Shown piece after piece: positions 10,080-19,749 of a stretch of DNA of 64,000 nucleotides. The notes below the pieces were generated by a model. The model saw only the letters and a list, made by a program, of their open reading frames with translations. It searched no databases and was not told the origin of the DNA. Within the stretch, counting starts at the first letter, position 1, and the number at the start of each line of letters is the position of its first letter. A program made the translations under genes and the position numbers. Location: positions 372,001-436,000 of the forward strand of contig UYFQ01000023.1 in assembly GCA_900617105.1 (NCBI GenBank), in the 5' to 3' direction. The stretch comes from Hydrurus foetidus (Eukaryota).

Positions 10080-11711
10080 TCAGCGCTGTGGGCGAATGCG
10101 GTAAATCGCGTTGTTCAGATCCGCAGACAGGTAAATGCTGCCATCCGCCCCGACGGCGACACCGGTGGGTATGTACGGTGGCGGTAAACCTGGGCCTGCT
10201 TTCAAACCAATGGGAAGTTTGTCGGCCACGGTACGGCGGGTGCCGTTGGCGGGGTCAATTTCCACTACGCGCTGCGCAGCACTCTCCGCCACGATGAAAC
10301 TGCCCCACGGGGTTTGGGCCAATCCTTCGGGCAGGGCAAGGCCATCGGCCACGGTGGTTTTGCTGCCGTCCACAAGGCTGATGCGGGTCAGTTTGCCTGC
10401 GGCTTCGGTCACGTAGAGCGCACCGTCTTTGCCCAACACCATTTGCACAGGCCCGGCCAAGCCTTCGGCAATCAACTTTTTGTCGGCAAACTTGTCCCCA
10501 CTGGCACGGCTGACGCTGCCTGTTGCGATTTCGATGTAAATGACGCTGCCATCGGCCATGGGCATCGCATCAAACGGTGCCTTCAAGCCATGCAGCACGG
10601 CGCTGGTTTTGAGTGTGCTGCGCTCGATCAACTGCACCGTGCCCGTGAACCAAGAGGTCAAAGCGAAATGGCTGGCCGACAAGCCGACGGCAAACGGGTA
10701 TTCCAGATCTGACGATTGCATACGGAAAATATCGCTCACCTCGCCCGAGGTGACGTTGACGCGCCGAAAGCCGAAAACATCGGCCACCCACAGGTCATTG
10801 CCGTCTATTTTCAGACCCGCAGGCACGGCCACTTTGCCACCCGTCAGCTGTGTGGAATCGCCGGTTGCGGGGTTGATGGCTTCAATCGAATTGTTCGCCA
10901 TGTTGGACACGTAGACCGTGCCGTCAGGCGCAATCGCCAAATTGTCCAGCGCAGGCTTGAGTTTTTTGACGACGGTTTTCATGCCCGTTGCCAACGCCAC
11001 ACGGCTGACTTCGCCCGTTTTGGTGTCCACCACCCACAGATGGCCTTTGCCGTCTAAATTGGCCGCAGCGGGGATGCCAAATTCGCTGTTGATGACGGTC
11101 ATGTCGCCGTTGGTGGGGTTGATTTTGACCACCTGCCCTTTGAACCACAACGGCCCGTACAGCATGCCGTCTGGCCCCACTTCAAAACCATTGAAGCCGC
11201 CCATGTCTTTTTTGATCAGCCGGGGTGGGGTTTTGCCAGTGACATCAATTTCCCACAAAGCATCCCCCAAAAAGACCTGTGAAGCGTAGAGCTTGCCATT
11301 GCGCCGGTCAAAGTCGAGTGAGTTGATGCCGGGTAAATCTTGGGCCAGCACCCGCAGCGGTGCGGCGTCGTTTTCGCGGTAGCGGATCATGCCCATCAGG
11401 TAGTTGGTCCACGCCATTGCCCCGTTGGGGCCCACGGCGATATCGTCCGCTTGGCCCTCGGGGGCAGGCACCAGTACACGGGCGGCACCGGTTTTGCGGT
11501 CAACTTCCCACAGCGAATTGCCCAATACCGAACCCGCCAACAGGCGGCCTTTGGCATCGACGGCCAAACCATGCACGCCGTTGAAGGAAGCGGGTGCCAC
11601 CAGCACCTCGGGGGCTTGCCAGGCGGCAGGGCGTGCCGGTGGCATGGCGGTACAGGCACTCATCAACACAAGGGCTGCACAAAGCAAGCCTGCGGTAAAA
11701 GGTTTTTTCAC
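10080..11711 (-). CDS. Lipoprotein with tandem beta-propellers (SMP-30/gluconolactonase- or NHL-like)
   Basis: Lipobox MSAC; repeated DxIAVGPDG.xY blade motifs. Confidence 0.7.
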   Translation of the reverse strand: MKKPFTAGLLCAALVLMSACTAMPPARPAAWQAPEVLVAPASFNGVHGLAVDAKGRLLAGSVLGNSLWEVDRKTGAARVLVPAPEGQADDIAVGPNGAMAWTNYLMGMIRYRENDAAPLRVLAQDLPGINSLDFDRRNGKLYASQVFLGDALWEIDVTGKTPPRLIKKDMGGFNGFEVGPDGMLYGPLWFKGQVVKINPTNGDMTVINSEFGIPAAANLDGKGHLWVVDTKTGEVSRVALATGMKTVVKKLKPALDNLAIAPDGTVYVSNMANNSIEAINPATGDSTQLTGGKVAVPAGLKIDGNDLWVADVFGFRRVNVTSGEVSDIFRMQSSDLEYPFAVGLSASHFALTSWFTGTVQLIERSTLKTSAVLHGLKAPFDAMPMADGSVIYIEIATGSVSRASGDKFADKKLIAEGLAGPVQMVLGKDGALYVTEAAGKLTRISLVDGSKTTVADGLALPEGLAQTPWGSFIVAESAAQRVVEIDPANGTRRTVADKLPIGLKAGPGLPPPYIPTGVAVGADGSIYLSADLNNAIYRIRPQR

Positions 11712-11884
11712 AGTGGTCTCCTGGTTTTTGGAGACTTCAGTCTAGTGATGAGGTGCGCGGCCCTTGGTCACGCGAGGGACAAGCGGCGCTGCAACTGCAA
11801 AGCGTCGATGAATGCACGGTGGGTATCGGGAAAATAAAGGCGGTGGTTCTTTTACAATGGTGACCGTCCCGTTCTGCGGGGCAA

Positions 11885-11975
11885 CGCTAGGGGTGTCACG
11901 GTTTTCGCGTCAGAAAACCGTTGACTGAGAGAGTCCCTTTGAACCTGATTGAGGTAATCCTCGCGCAGGGAAGCA
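11885..11975 (+). ncRNA. TPP riboswitch
   Basis: CTAGGGGTG...CTGAGA..GTCCCTTTGAACCTGAT...GGTAAT.C..GCGCAGGGAAG matches the THI-box core. Confidence 0.93.
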
Positions 11976-12071
11976 TGATCCAAGGCTTGGCTGCCGCTTT
12001 CTCTGGGGCCTTTGCAGACTTGCTCTGTAGCTTTTGTATTGCCGACCTGCCATTTCGTTGAAAGTAACGTC

Positions 12072-14240
12072 ATGGCATCAAAAATTAAGCCTAACCTGTC
12101 TCTTTCGCTCTGTACAAGGGCGTTGATAGCTACGTTTTTTGTAGCACCCTCCGTCTGGGCACAAACCGATGCTGCCCCTGCGGCCGCCATGCTCAAGCCC
12201 ATCACCGTGAACGACCGCAACAGCGCCCCAACCGCCGATATCAGTGGTTTTGGCGATGTGGCACTCAAAGACTTGCCCGCCTCTGCGCTGGTCATCGACA
12301 GCACACAAATGCAGGCCATAGGCGCACGGCGCTTGGCGGATTTGACTGCCTTTGATGCGTCCGTCACCGATGCCTACAACTCGCCCGGCTACTGGGATTA
12401 CCTGACGATTCGCGGCTTCACCCTGGACAACCGCAGCAACTACCGCCGTGAAGGCCTGCCCATCAGCGCTGAAACCTCCATTCCCCTGGAAAACAAAGAG
12501 CGCGTAGAAATCCTCAAAGGCACCAGCGGCATCCAAGCGGGCACCAGTGCGCCGGGTGGCTTGGTGAATTACGTGGTGAAACGGCCCACCGAAAACAACC
12601 TGCGTTCAGCCCGCATCGAGTTCACCAGCCGCAGCAGCGTGCTGACGGCGCTGGATTTGGGGGGTCGCTTGGGTGTGGACAAGGTGTTTGGCTACCGCTT
12701 CAACGTGGCGCACGAGGAAATGCGCCCCCTCACCCGCAACATCAACGGTCACCGCAATCTGGTCGCCCTGGCCGCCGACTGGCGCATCAGCCGCGACACC
12801 GTGGTTGAGGCCGAACTGGAATGGAGCCACAAAGTGCAGGCCAGCCAAGCGGGTTTCAGCCTGTTGGGCAACACCCTGCCCGCCCCTGTTGACCCCCGCC
12901 TGAACCTGAACAACCAGCCTTGGTCACAGCCCTCGGTGTTTGACGCGCTGACGGGCACGCTGCGCATCGAGCAAGCCATCAACAGCGACTGGCGTTGGTC
13001 AGGCCAATTGGGCAGCCAACGCCTGCGCACAGATGACCGGTTGGCCTACCCCTTTGGCTGCGATGCCGAAGGCAATTACGACCGCTTCTGCTCGAACGGC
13101 ACGTACGATCTTTACGATTTCCGCAGCGAAAACGAACGCCGCACACAGCAAGCGGCCAGCGTGAAGCTGAAGGGCAAGTTCACCACGGCGGGTATTGCAC
13201 ACGATGTGAGCTTTGGGTTGATGCAGAGCCAAGTTAAAAACCGTTTCCAGGTGGGCGCGTACAACTACGCAGGCACGGGCAACATACAAGGCACTCTGGT
13301 CACCCCTGCTGACCCCAGCCAGACAGACCAAAACACCAACCGTGATGAGCGCACACTGGAACTGTCCGCCTACGACGCAATCCGCTGGACACCGCGTCTG
13401 AGCACATGGCTGGGCCTGCGCAGCACCAGCCTGACCCGCGACAGCATCCGCACCAACGGCTCACGCGCTACGCATTACGATGCCAGCATCCTCACGCCTT
13501 GGCTGGCAGCCAGCTACGCACTGAACCCCACTTTGCAGGCCTATGCCAGCTACGGCGAAGGCGTGGAATCGCACATCGTACCGAACAAGGCTTCGCAGTA
13601 CAGCAACCCCGGGGTGGCGCTGCCAGCGCTCAAATCCCGTCAATTAGAGGTTGGATTAAAAGGCGGCACAGCAAACCTGGGCTGGCAACTGACGGCCTTT
13701 CGCATAGCCCGCCCCATGAGCAACCTGGATGCCTGCAACCGCTTGGGTATCTCGCCATGCCTGGGTGCGTATGACGGCCAAGCCGTCCACAAAGGCTTAG
13801 AAGCCAGCACCCAGTGGGCGCAAGGCCCGTGGCGTGTGAACGGTGGCATCACCCTGCTCGATGCCCGTCGCCAAGGCAGCACTCTTGAGCCCACAACCAA
13901 CGGCCAGCGCCCGACCAACGTGCCCAACTGGGTGTTGCGCAGCCAGGCGGCTTACCGCGTGGCCAGCGTACCGGGCTTAGAGCTGCAAGGCCGACTGCAA
14001 CACGAAGGCCAACGCGCCGTGCTGCCCGACAACAGCATCACCCTGCCCGGCTGGACGCGCCTGGACGCCAGCCTGCGCTACAGCACCCAAATCGGTGGCA
14101 CCCGCACCACCTGGAGCGCGGGCATCGACAACGTGGCAGACAAGCGTTACTGGAAAGAATCGCCTTACCAGTTCGGCCATGTCTACCTGCTTCCCGGTGC
14201 ACCACGAACTTTTCGCATCGGAATTCAAGCCGACTTGTAA
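12072..14240 (+). CDS. TonB-dependent receptor, TPP-regulated (thiamine or precursor uptake)
   Basis: IRGF, ERVEILKG..G...PGGLVNYV and DNVADKRYW...GAPRTF motifs; downstream of the TPP riboswitch. Confidence 0.9.
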   Translation: MASKIKPNLSLSLCTRALIATFFVAPSVWAQTDAAPAAAMLKPITVNDRNSAPTADISGFGDVALKDLPASALVIDSTQMQAIGARRLADLTAFDASVTDAYNSPGYWDYLTIRGFTLDNRSNYRREGLPISAETSIPLENKERVEILKGTSGIQAGTSAPGGLVNYVVKRPTENNLRSARIEFTSRSSVLTALDLGGRLGVDKVFGYRFNVAHEEMRPLTRNINGHRNLVALAADWRISRDTVVEAELEWSHKVQASQAGFSLLGNTLPAPVDPRLNLNNQPWSQPSVFDALTGTLRIEQAINSDWRWSGQLGSQRLRTDDRLAYPFGCDAEGNYDRFCSNGTYDLYDFRSENERRTQQAASVKLKGKFTTAGIAHDVSFGLMQSQVKNRFQVGAYNYAGTGNIQGTLVTPADPSQTDQNTNRDERTLELSAYDAIRWTPRLSTWLGLRSTSLTRDSIRTNGSRATHYDASILTPWLAASYALNPTLQAYASYGEGVESHIVPNKASQYSNPGVALPALKSRQLEVGLKGGTANLGWQLTAFRIARPMSNLDACNRLGISPCLGAYDGQAVHKGLEASTQWAQGPWRVNGGITLLDARRQGSTLEPTTNGQRPTNVPNWVLRSQAAYRVASVPGLELQGRLQHEGQRAVLPDNSITLPGWTRLDASLRYSTQIGGTRTTWSAGIDNVADKRYWKESPYQFGHVYLLPGAPRTFRIGIQADL

Positions 14241-14264
14241 AAGGGTCAAAAACCACGCTATAAT
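14235..14264 (+). promoter_or_regulatory. Sigma70 promoter of tRNA-Asn
   Basis: TTGTAA-18 nt-TATAAT, 12 nt upstream of the tRNA. Confidence 0.7.
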
Positions 14265-14276
14265 TTGAGGCTAGAT

Positions 14277-14352
14277 TCCTCGATAGCTCAGTTGGTAGAG
14301 CGCCGGACTGTTAATCCGTAGGTCCCTGGTTCGAGCCCAGGTCGAGGAGCCA
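14277..14352 (+). tRNA. tRNA-Asn (GTT)
   Basis: Acceptor stem TCCTCGA/TCGAGGA, anticodon loop CTGTTAA, GGTTCGAGCC T-arm and encoded CCA. Confidence 0.97.
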
Positions 14353-14360
14353 AAAGATAC

Positions 14361-14400
14361 AACCCCCAAGTGTGTAAATGCTTGGGGGTTTCGTCTTTCT
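14361..14400 (+). terminator. Intrinsic terminator after tRNA-Asn
   Basis: aacccccaag-N10-cttgggggtt followed by a T-rich tail. Confidence 0.75.
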
Positions 14401-14513
14401 GGGGTGCGCTGCCCTGCTGGAATCCTGCTTTGTGTGTTGCACCAGCCGAGCTCAGATCGGGCCGCAGTGGTTCGGTTGAACTGCCCTCTCACATTCAACG
14501 ACTGAAAGAAACA

Positions 14514-14759
14514 ATGTTTGATAAAACCGGCCAATGGATCCACCTTGAAACATTTGAAGGATTTGACAATGGCCTGTCAGACCTGATTGAGCTCTGGTCC
14601 AGTAAGACGGCAACCCAAGACATCAAGGAATCGGCACTCGCTCATTTCAAGGAAGACCTGGAGGGTGCTTCACTCAATTGGGCGGACAACCGGGCCAAGT
14701 TGAAAAAATTCGCTGCCATTAGCAAAGAGTTGGCTGAGTTTGAAGAAGCGCTGAAGTAA
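14514..14759 (+). CDS. Small hypothetical protein or gene remnant in the tRNA islet
   Basis: 81-aa charged, helical-looking ORF with lower GC; no recognised motif. Confidence 0.4.
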   Translation: MFDKTGQWIHLETFEGFDNGLSDLIELWSSKTATQDIKESALAHFKEDLEGASLNWADNRAKLKKFAAISKELAEFEEALK

Positions 14760-14775
14760 GGTCCAAACAATGGCA

Positions 14776-15249
14776 TCAATAAATGAAGCGGCAGCTTGGG
14801 GTTTGAGCGTCAACGCCCAGGTGAACTGGGCGCCATTGGCGACTGTACTCTGCCCCGTGCTTTTTGCACTTCCATTCGCATTCGCCCAGCATCTTGATGC
14901 CTGTGCTGTCCACCAAAAGATGCAGCCCTGAACCGGTGCTTCGCGTAAACGGAATGGCTACTGCCAGCCGATTTTGTCTTCTGCACAGAGTGCTGTAATC
15001 TGGTGTCTCCCAATCCAGTCCTGCGAGTTTTAACAAGCTTTGCACCATCCCTGTCGTTTGACGTAACGCAAGTCCAAACAGACTTTTGATGCTCAGACAG
15101 AACTGGATCGCCGCGTCTGAAAATCTCTCATTGCGCCCACGTCGCCCGTTCGACTTGTCCCAACCAATCCATGTCTTTGTCGAACCACACCAGCAGCGAA
15201 ACGATTCTGCTTTCGACTGCTTGCCACTTCTTTGGCCCACACCCCCCAT
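14776..15249 (-). pseudogene. Truncated IS5-family (IS903-group-like) transposase
   Basis: GRRGR..FSDAAIQFCL..K.LFGLALRQTTG, PDYSTLCRRQ and VDSTGIK..GE.EW..KHG..RQWR.VHLGVD motifs; C-terminal catalytic half missing. Confidence 0.85.
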
Positions 15250-15300
15250 TCAAAAGCTCGAAGTATCTTGACGGAATTCGTTTTTTGACGAAAATCGACT

Positions 15301-15618
15301 ATGCACTAAATTCGCCACTACCTGACTGAAGACAAGAACGACGTTTACCTCGATTGGCTGAAAAAACAGCGGGATACCATTGCAAGAATCTCCATTGATA
15401 GACGCGTCAACCGCGTGGAGCAAGGCAATTTTGGAGATCACAGGTTCTTCCGTGATGGCGTGTGGAAACTTCGCATTGATGTGGGCGCAGGCTACAGGGC
15501 GTACTACGCGATTGAAGGCAAAGAAATCGTGTTGCTGTTGTGTGGCGGCGATAAGCGAAAGCAAGATGCGGACATAGCCCGCGCTTGTGACTACTGGCAA
15601 GATTGGCAACGGAGCGCA
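15301..15618 (+). pseudogene. RelE/HigB-type addiction module toxin, disrupted
   Basis: ATG CAC TAA then in-frame IRHYLT...GNFGDH...GVW.LRIDVGAGYR.YY...LLLCGGDKRKQDADI; has no stop codon of its own. Confidence 0.8.
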
Positions 15619-15930
15619 ATGAAAAACAGAACGCATGGTGAAGCCATGGCTGAGTTGTACCGGGAAGACCCCGCCTATGCCGCTCAACTGCTGAACAGTA
15701 TTCTCGAAGATGGCGATCAACGTGAACTGTTGATCGCACTGCGTCAAATGGCAAAAGCATTTGGTGGTGTGCAGGCTGTTGCCGAACAAGCACACCTCAA
15801 CCCAACGCAGCTTTACCGCACCCTATCGCCAGAGGGTAATCCTGCTTTGAGCAGCTTTTCAGCCATTCTCAAGGCGATGGGTATGCGCCTTGCCATTCAG
15901 CCGATGAGCGGCCCAGCCGTACACGCCTGA
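15619..15930 (+). CDS. HTH addiction module antidote (HigA-like)
   Basis: GGAG RBS before the ATG; ALRQMAKAFGGVQAVAEQAHLNPTQLYRTLSPEGNP HTH. Confidence 0.85.
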   Translation: MKNRTHGEAMAELYREDPAYAAQLLNSILEDGDQRELLIALRQMAKAFGGVQAVAEQAHLNPTQLYRTLSPEGNPALSSFSAILKAMGMRLAIQPMSGPAVHA

Positions 15931-15932
15931 AG

Positions 15933-16688
15933 ATGGCGCTACCGTGGCTTGAACCCGGCGAAGCCTTTCCGCCCATTGAAACCGCCTGGGGTGCTGACGA
16001 CCCCGCGCCCGGCTTGCTGGCGGCGGGTGGGGCATTGGATGTGGATTCTCTGCTGCAAGCCTACAGCCACGGCATCTTCCCCTGGTTCAGCGAAGGTCAG
16101 CCAATTTTGTGGTGGAGCACTGATCCACGCATGGTGCTGCCCCCGGCTGATTTCCGTTTGCACCGCTCGTTGGCGAAGACGCTGCATAAATTCAAAAATG
16201 ATCCGGCTTGTGAACTGCGCTTTGATACCGCGTTTGGCGAGGTGATTCGCGCCTGCGCCCACAGCCCGCGTGATGGCGGCACGGTGGCCAGTGGTACCTG
16301 GATTGTTCCTGACATGGTGGCGGCTTACGAGGCGCTGCACCGAGCGGGGTTCGCGCACAGCGTTGAAACCTGGGTGCATGGGCGGCTGGTGGGCGGCTTG
16401 TACTGCGTGGCGATCGGCCACGCTGTGTTTGGCGAATCCATGTTCAGCCGCGAAACGGATGCCTCCAAAATTGCATTGGCAGGTTTGGTGGCGTTTTGCC
16501 GTGTGCAAGGCGTGGGCTTGATCGACTGCCAGCAGAACACGCGCCACCTCGCTTCACTGGGTGCGCGTGAAATCAGCCGCAGCCGTTTTGCCACACACCT
16601 GACGCAGGCTTGCACGCTGCCTGCCCTGCCCTGGCACTTTGAAAACGTATACTGGAATCGCCTGTTTCAAGCTGAAGCTCCGGCCTGA
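15933..16688 (+). CDS. aat: Leucyl/phenylalanyl-tRNA--protein transferase
   Basis: GLLAAGG, GIFPWFS, WWSTDPR, AHSVE, GESMFS, DASKIAL and IDCQQ motifs. Confidence 0.95.
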   Translation: MALPWLEPGEAFPPIETAWGADDPAPGLLAAGGALDVDSLLQAYSHGIFPWFSEGQPILWWSTDPRMVLPPADFRLHRSLAKTLHKFKNDPACELRFDTAFGEVIRACAHSPRDGGTVASGTWIVPDMVAAYEALHRAGFAHSVETWVHGRLVGGLYCVAIGHAVFGESMFSRETDASKIALAGLVAFCRVQGVGLIDCQQNTRHLASLGAREISRSRFATHLTQACTLPALPWHFENVYWNRLFQAEAPA

Positions 16689-16735
16689 TACCCCTGAACA
16701 CTGCCCGCTACATTCCGTTTTATGGAGGTTTTCTG

Positions 16736-17482
16736 GTGACGCATCTCAACGACCTCCCCGTTCAGACTTTGCAGTTTTACGCCACGGCCCCTTACGAGTG
16801 CAGCTACATCGCACAACGGCAAGCGCGGTCGCAGGTGGCCACGCCCAGCCATTTGATTCACAACAGCGCTTACTCTGATTTGGTGGACAAAGGCTTTCGC
16901 CGCAGCGGCATGTTCACCTACCGCCCCTACTGCGACAACTGCCAAGCCTGCGTACCTCTGCGCGTGCCGGTGGCACAGTTCAAACCTGACCGCAGCCAGC
17001 GCCGGGCTGCATCACGACACCAGGATTTGCAAGTGCGGGTGTCCCCTCTGCACTTTGTGCCTGAGCATTACGCGCTGTACCTGCGTTACCAGTCCGGGAG
17101 GCACTCGGGTGGTGGCATGGACCACGACAGCATCGACCAGTACACCCAGTTTTTGTTGCAAAGCCGGGTGAATTCGCGCTTGGTGGAATTCCGCACGGCA
17201 ACGGACGATGGCAGCCCTGGCCGCTTGGTGATGGTGTCGATACTGGACATGCTGGATTTGGGTTTGTCAGCGGTCTACACGTTTTACGAACCCGAGGCGG
17301 GTACCAGCTATGGCACGTTCAGTGTGATGTGGCAAATCGATCAAGCACGCTCCCTGGGCTTGCCCTATGTGTACCTGGGTTACTGGATCGCAGAAAGCGG
17401 CAAGATGAATTACAAAGCCGATTTTTTGCCGCATGAAATTTTGCGTGATGGCGAGTGGAAGCCCGGTCAAGAAGCCGCTTGA
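16736..17482 (+). CDS. ATE-like aminoacyl-tRNA--protein transferase (Bpt/Ate)
   Basis: CSY, GFRRSG..YRPYC..C..C, SAVYTFY and YLGYWI..KMNYK motifs; follows aat. Confidence 0.92.
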   Translation: MTHLNDLPVQTLQFYATAPYECSYIAQRQARSQVATPSHLIHNSAYSDLVDKGFRRSGMFTYRPYCDNCQACVPLRVPVAQFKPDRSQRRAASRHQDLQVRVSPLHFVPEHYALYLRYQSGRHSGGGMDHDSIDQYTQFLLQSRVNSRLVEFRTATDDGSPGRLVMVSILDMLDLGLSAVYTFYEPEAGTSYGTFSVMWQIDQARSLGLPYVYLGYWIAESGKMNYKADFLPHEILRDGEWKPGQEAA

Positions 17483-17561
17483 AACAGCGGGTGAAAACGG
17501 CATCAACTGTGAGACTAAATTTCACAAGGTAAAATTTAGTGCATAACCGAATGTGCCGCCC

Positions 17562-18356
17562 ATGAGAACGTCAGACCCGAATACCCCCGTCTCCCCCACC
17601 ATCCAGGTCATTGAACGCATTTTTTCCGTCATGGATGTGCTGGCATCGAAAGAAGAGTCGGTTTCGCTGAAGGAAATCAGCGAAAAAACGGGGCTGCACC
17701 CCTCCACCACCCACCGCATCCTGAACGATCTGACGATTGGCCGTTACGTAGACCGCCCGGAAGCAGGCAGCTACCGGCTGGGCATGCGGTTACTGGAGCT
17801 GGGCAACTTGGTCAAAGGCCGGTTGAATGTGCGCGATGCCGCCTTGACCCCCATGCGCGAGCTGCACAAACTGACGCAGCAACCCGTCAACCTCAGCATG
17901 CGCCAAGGTGATGAGATCGTGTACGTGGAACGCGCCTACAGCGAGCGCTCGGGTATGCAGGTGGTAAGGGCTATTGGGGGTCGAGCACCGCTGCATTTGA
18001 CTTCAGTGGGTAAATTATTCTTAGCAGCAGACGACTTGCAACGCACGCGTGCCTACGCCACCCGCACCGGTCTTTCGGGCCACACCCGCAACAGCATCAC
18101 GCAACTGGCCGTGCTGGAGCGCGAACTGTCCAAAGCCCGCCAATATGGCATTGCACGGGACAACGAAGAGCTGGAATTGGGTGTGCGCTGCATGGCTGCA
18201 GGCATTTACGACGACCAATCGCGCTTGGTGGCAGGGTTGTCGATTTCGGCACCGGCAGACCGGTTAGACGAAAACTGGTTGCCTAAGCTGCAAACCACAG
18301 CGAATGAAATCTCGAATGCATTGGGCTACAAACCCGGCAACAGCTCAAAAAACTAG
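17562..18356 (+). CDS. IclR family transcriptional regulator
   Basis: N-terminal HTH (GLHPSTTHRIL); GGRAPLHLTSVGK and DNEE..LGVRC motifs. Confidence 0.92.
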   Translation: MRTSDPNTPVSPTIQVIERIFSVMDVLASKEESVSLKEISEKTGLHPSTTHRILNDLTIGRYVDRPEAGSYRLGMRLLELGNLVKGRLNVRDAALTPMRELHKLTQQPVNLSMRQGDEIVYVERAYSERSGMQVVRAIGGRAPLHLTSVGKLFLAADDLQRTRAYATRTGLSGHTRNSITQLAVLERELSKARQYGIARDNEELELGVRCMAAGIYDDQSRLVAGLSISAPADRLDENWLPKLQTTANEISNALGYKPGNSSKN

Positions 18357-18389
18357 GCCAGCCCAAGACCTGGTTTTTGAGCGTGAAGC

Positions 18390-19523
18390 TCAGTCATCGC
18401 CACCAGCTTGACGGGCACCCACAGGCATGAACCGGGGACTGGCCTCGACCCAACGGCGCACACGTTCAGCGTCCCCCAAGCGGCTGAGTTTGCCCGCAGA
18501 ATCCAAAAACACCATGATGAGCTTGCGCCCGGCAATCTTGGCCTGCATAACCAAGCACTGCCCGGCTTCGGTGATGTAGCCGGTTTTTTGCAAACCAATT
18601 TCCCATGACGGATTTTTCACCAAGCGGTTGGTGTTGTTGTATTGCAGCGTGCGGTTCCCTACTTCGACTTGGTAGCCTGGTGAGGTTGTCAGCTCGCGCA
18701 ACACAGGGTCTTGGTAAGCGGCATTCACCAAGGTTGCCAAATCATGGGCGCTGGATTGGTTTTGGCTGGACAAGCCGGTGGGCTCTACATAATGCGTGTC
18801 TTTCATCCCCAGCATTTGGGCTTTGGCGTTCATCAGCGATGCAAAAACCTGCAAACCACCGGGGTAGGTGCGGCCTAAAGCGTGAGCAGCACGGTTTTCG
18901 CTGGACATCAGCGCCAAGTGCAGCAATTCACCACGGCTCAAGGTTGCGCCTACACGCAGGCGCGAACTGCTGCCCTTTTCGGTGTCCACGTCGTCTTGCG
19001 TGATGGTGATGAGTTCTTCCATCGGCAAACGCGCTTCACTGATGATGGTGCCGGTCATCAGCTTGGTCAACGAGGCAATCGGCAGCACCGCTTTGTCGTT
19101 CTTGCTGAACAGCACCTCGCGTGTGTCTTGGTCAATCACCAGAGCCACGCTGGATTTCAAATCTAAAGCATCTTGAGCGCCATGCAAACCGGCAAGTTGA
19201 CCGAACGACGGTTTGGCAGGCACGAAAACCGCTTGGCTAACAACGCGTGGGCGGCTCACAGAAGCAACACGCTTGCTTTGCACACGGTTCTTGGCTTGCC
19301 CTGCAGCATGGGCAGGGGTGCGAACAGCGGCATTAGCAGGGGCTTTTTTAACGGCAACTTTGGCCGTTTTGGCAGGCGCATGTTGCACCGCTTGCACAGC
19401 CAGAGGCGCAGTCAAGGCAACGCCCACGACAACCGCGCCCAAGGCAGACCAAACCTGCGGCATAGAGCGCGACAACAACCGGAGGGGAATAAATTGCGAA
19501 AACGTGCTCATTCGGTAGGCCAT
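18390..19523 (-). CDS. pbpG: D-alanyl-D-alanine endopeptidase (PBP7-like)
   Basis: SLTK (SxxK), SEN (SxN) and KTG motifs; exact start uncertain. Confidence 0.88.
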   Translation of the reverse strand: MAYRMSTFSQFIPLRLLSRSMPQVWSALGAVVVGVALTAPLAVQAVQHAPAKTAKVAVKKAPANAAVRTPAHAAGQAKNRVQSKRVASVSRPRVVSQAVFVPAKPSFGQLAGLHGAQDALDLKSSVALVIDQDTREVLFSKNDKAVLPIASLTKLMTGTIISEARLPMEELITITQDDVDTEKGSSSRLRVGATLSRGELLHLALMSSENRAAHALGRTYPGGLQVFASLMNAKAQMLGMKDTHYVEPTGLSSQNQSSAHDLATLVNAAYQDPVLRELTTSPGYQVEVGNRTLQYNNTNRLVKNPSWEIGLQKTGYITEAGQCLVMQAKIAGRKLIMVFLDSAGKLSRLGDAERVRRWVEASPRFMPVGARQAGGDD

Positions 19524-19665
19524 GAATTCATCTCCGGCAAATCAATAAAAGCCAGAGTGTATAGATATATTGAAAACCACAACGGGATCAATCACTTGCG
19601 TTGATTTTTTAATTTAAAAAATGATGTTGCGCCTGCCGCGTCTTTGTGGGGGTCGCCCACAAAAC

Positions 19666-19694
19666 GCAACAGTCGATTTTAATCGGCTGTTGCG
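19666..19694. terminator. Inverted repeat downstream of leuA (probable terminator hairpin)
   Basis: cgcaacagtcgatt-tt-aatcggctgttgcg. Confidence 0.45.
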
Positions 19695-19749
19695 TCCCAA
19701 GAACGCCTGCGCCATGGCAGGGCGCGTAAAGCGGCTCCTTTGCTGACCC

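Noticed and set aside
15415..15930. Novel natural toxin-antitoxin fusion protein
   Set aside because: The toxin N-terminus lies upstream behind a nonsense codon and the antitoxin keeps its own RBS, so decay is the simpler explanation.
14277..15932. Intact prophage or ICE at tRNA-Asn
   Set aside because: No integrase, att duplication, or phage or conjugation genes.
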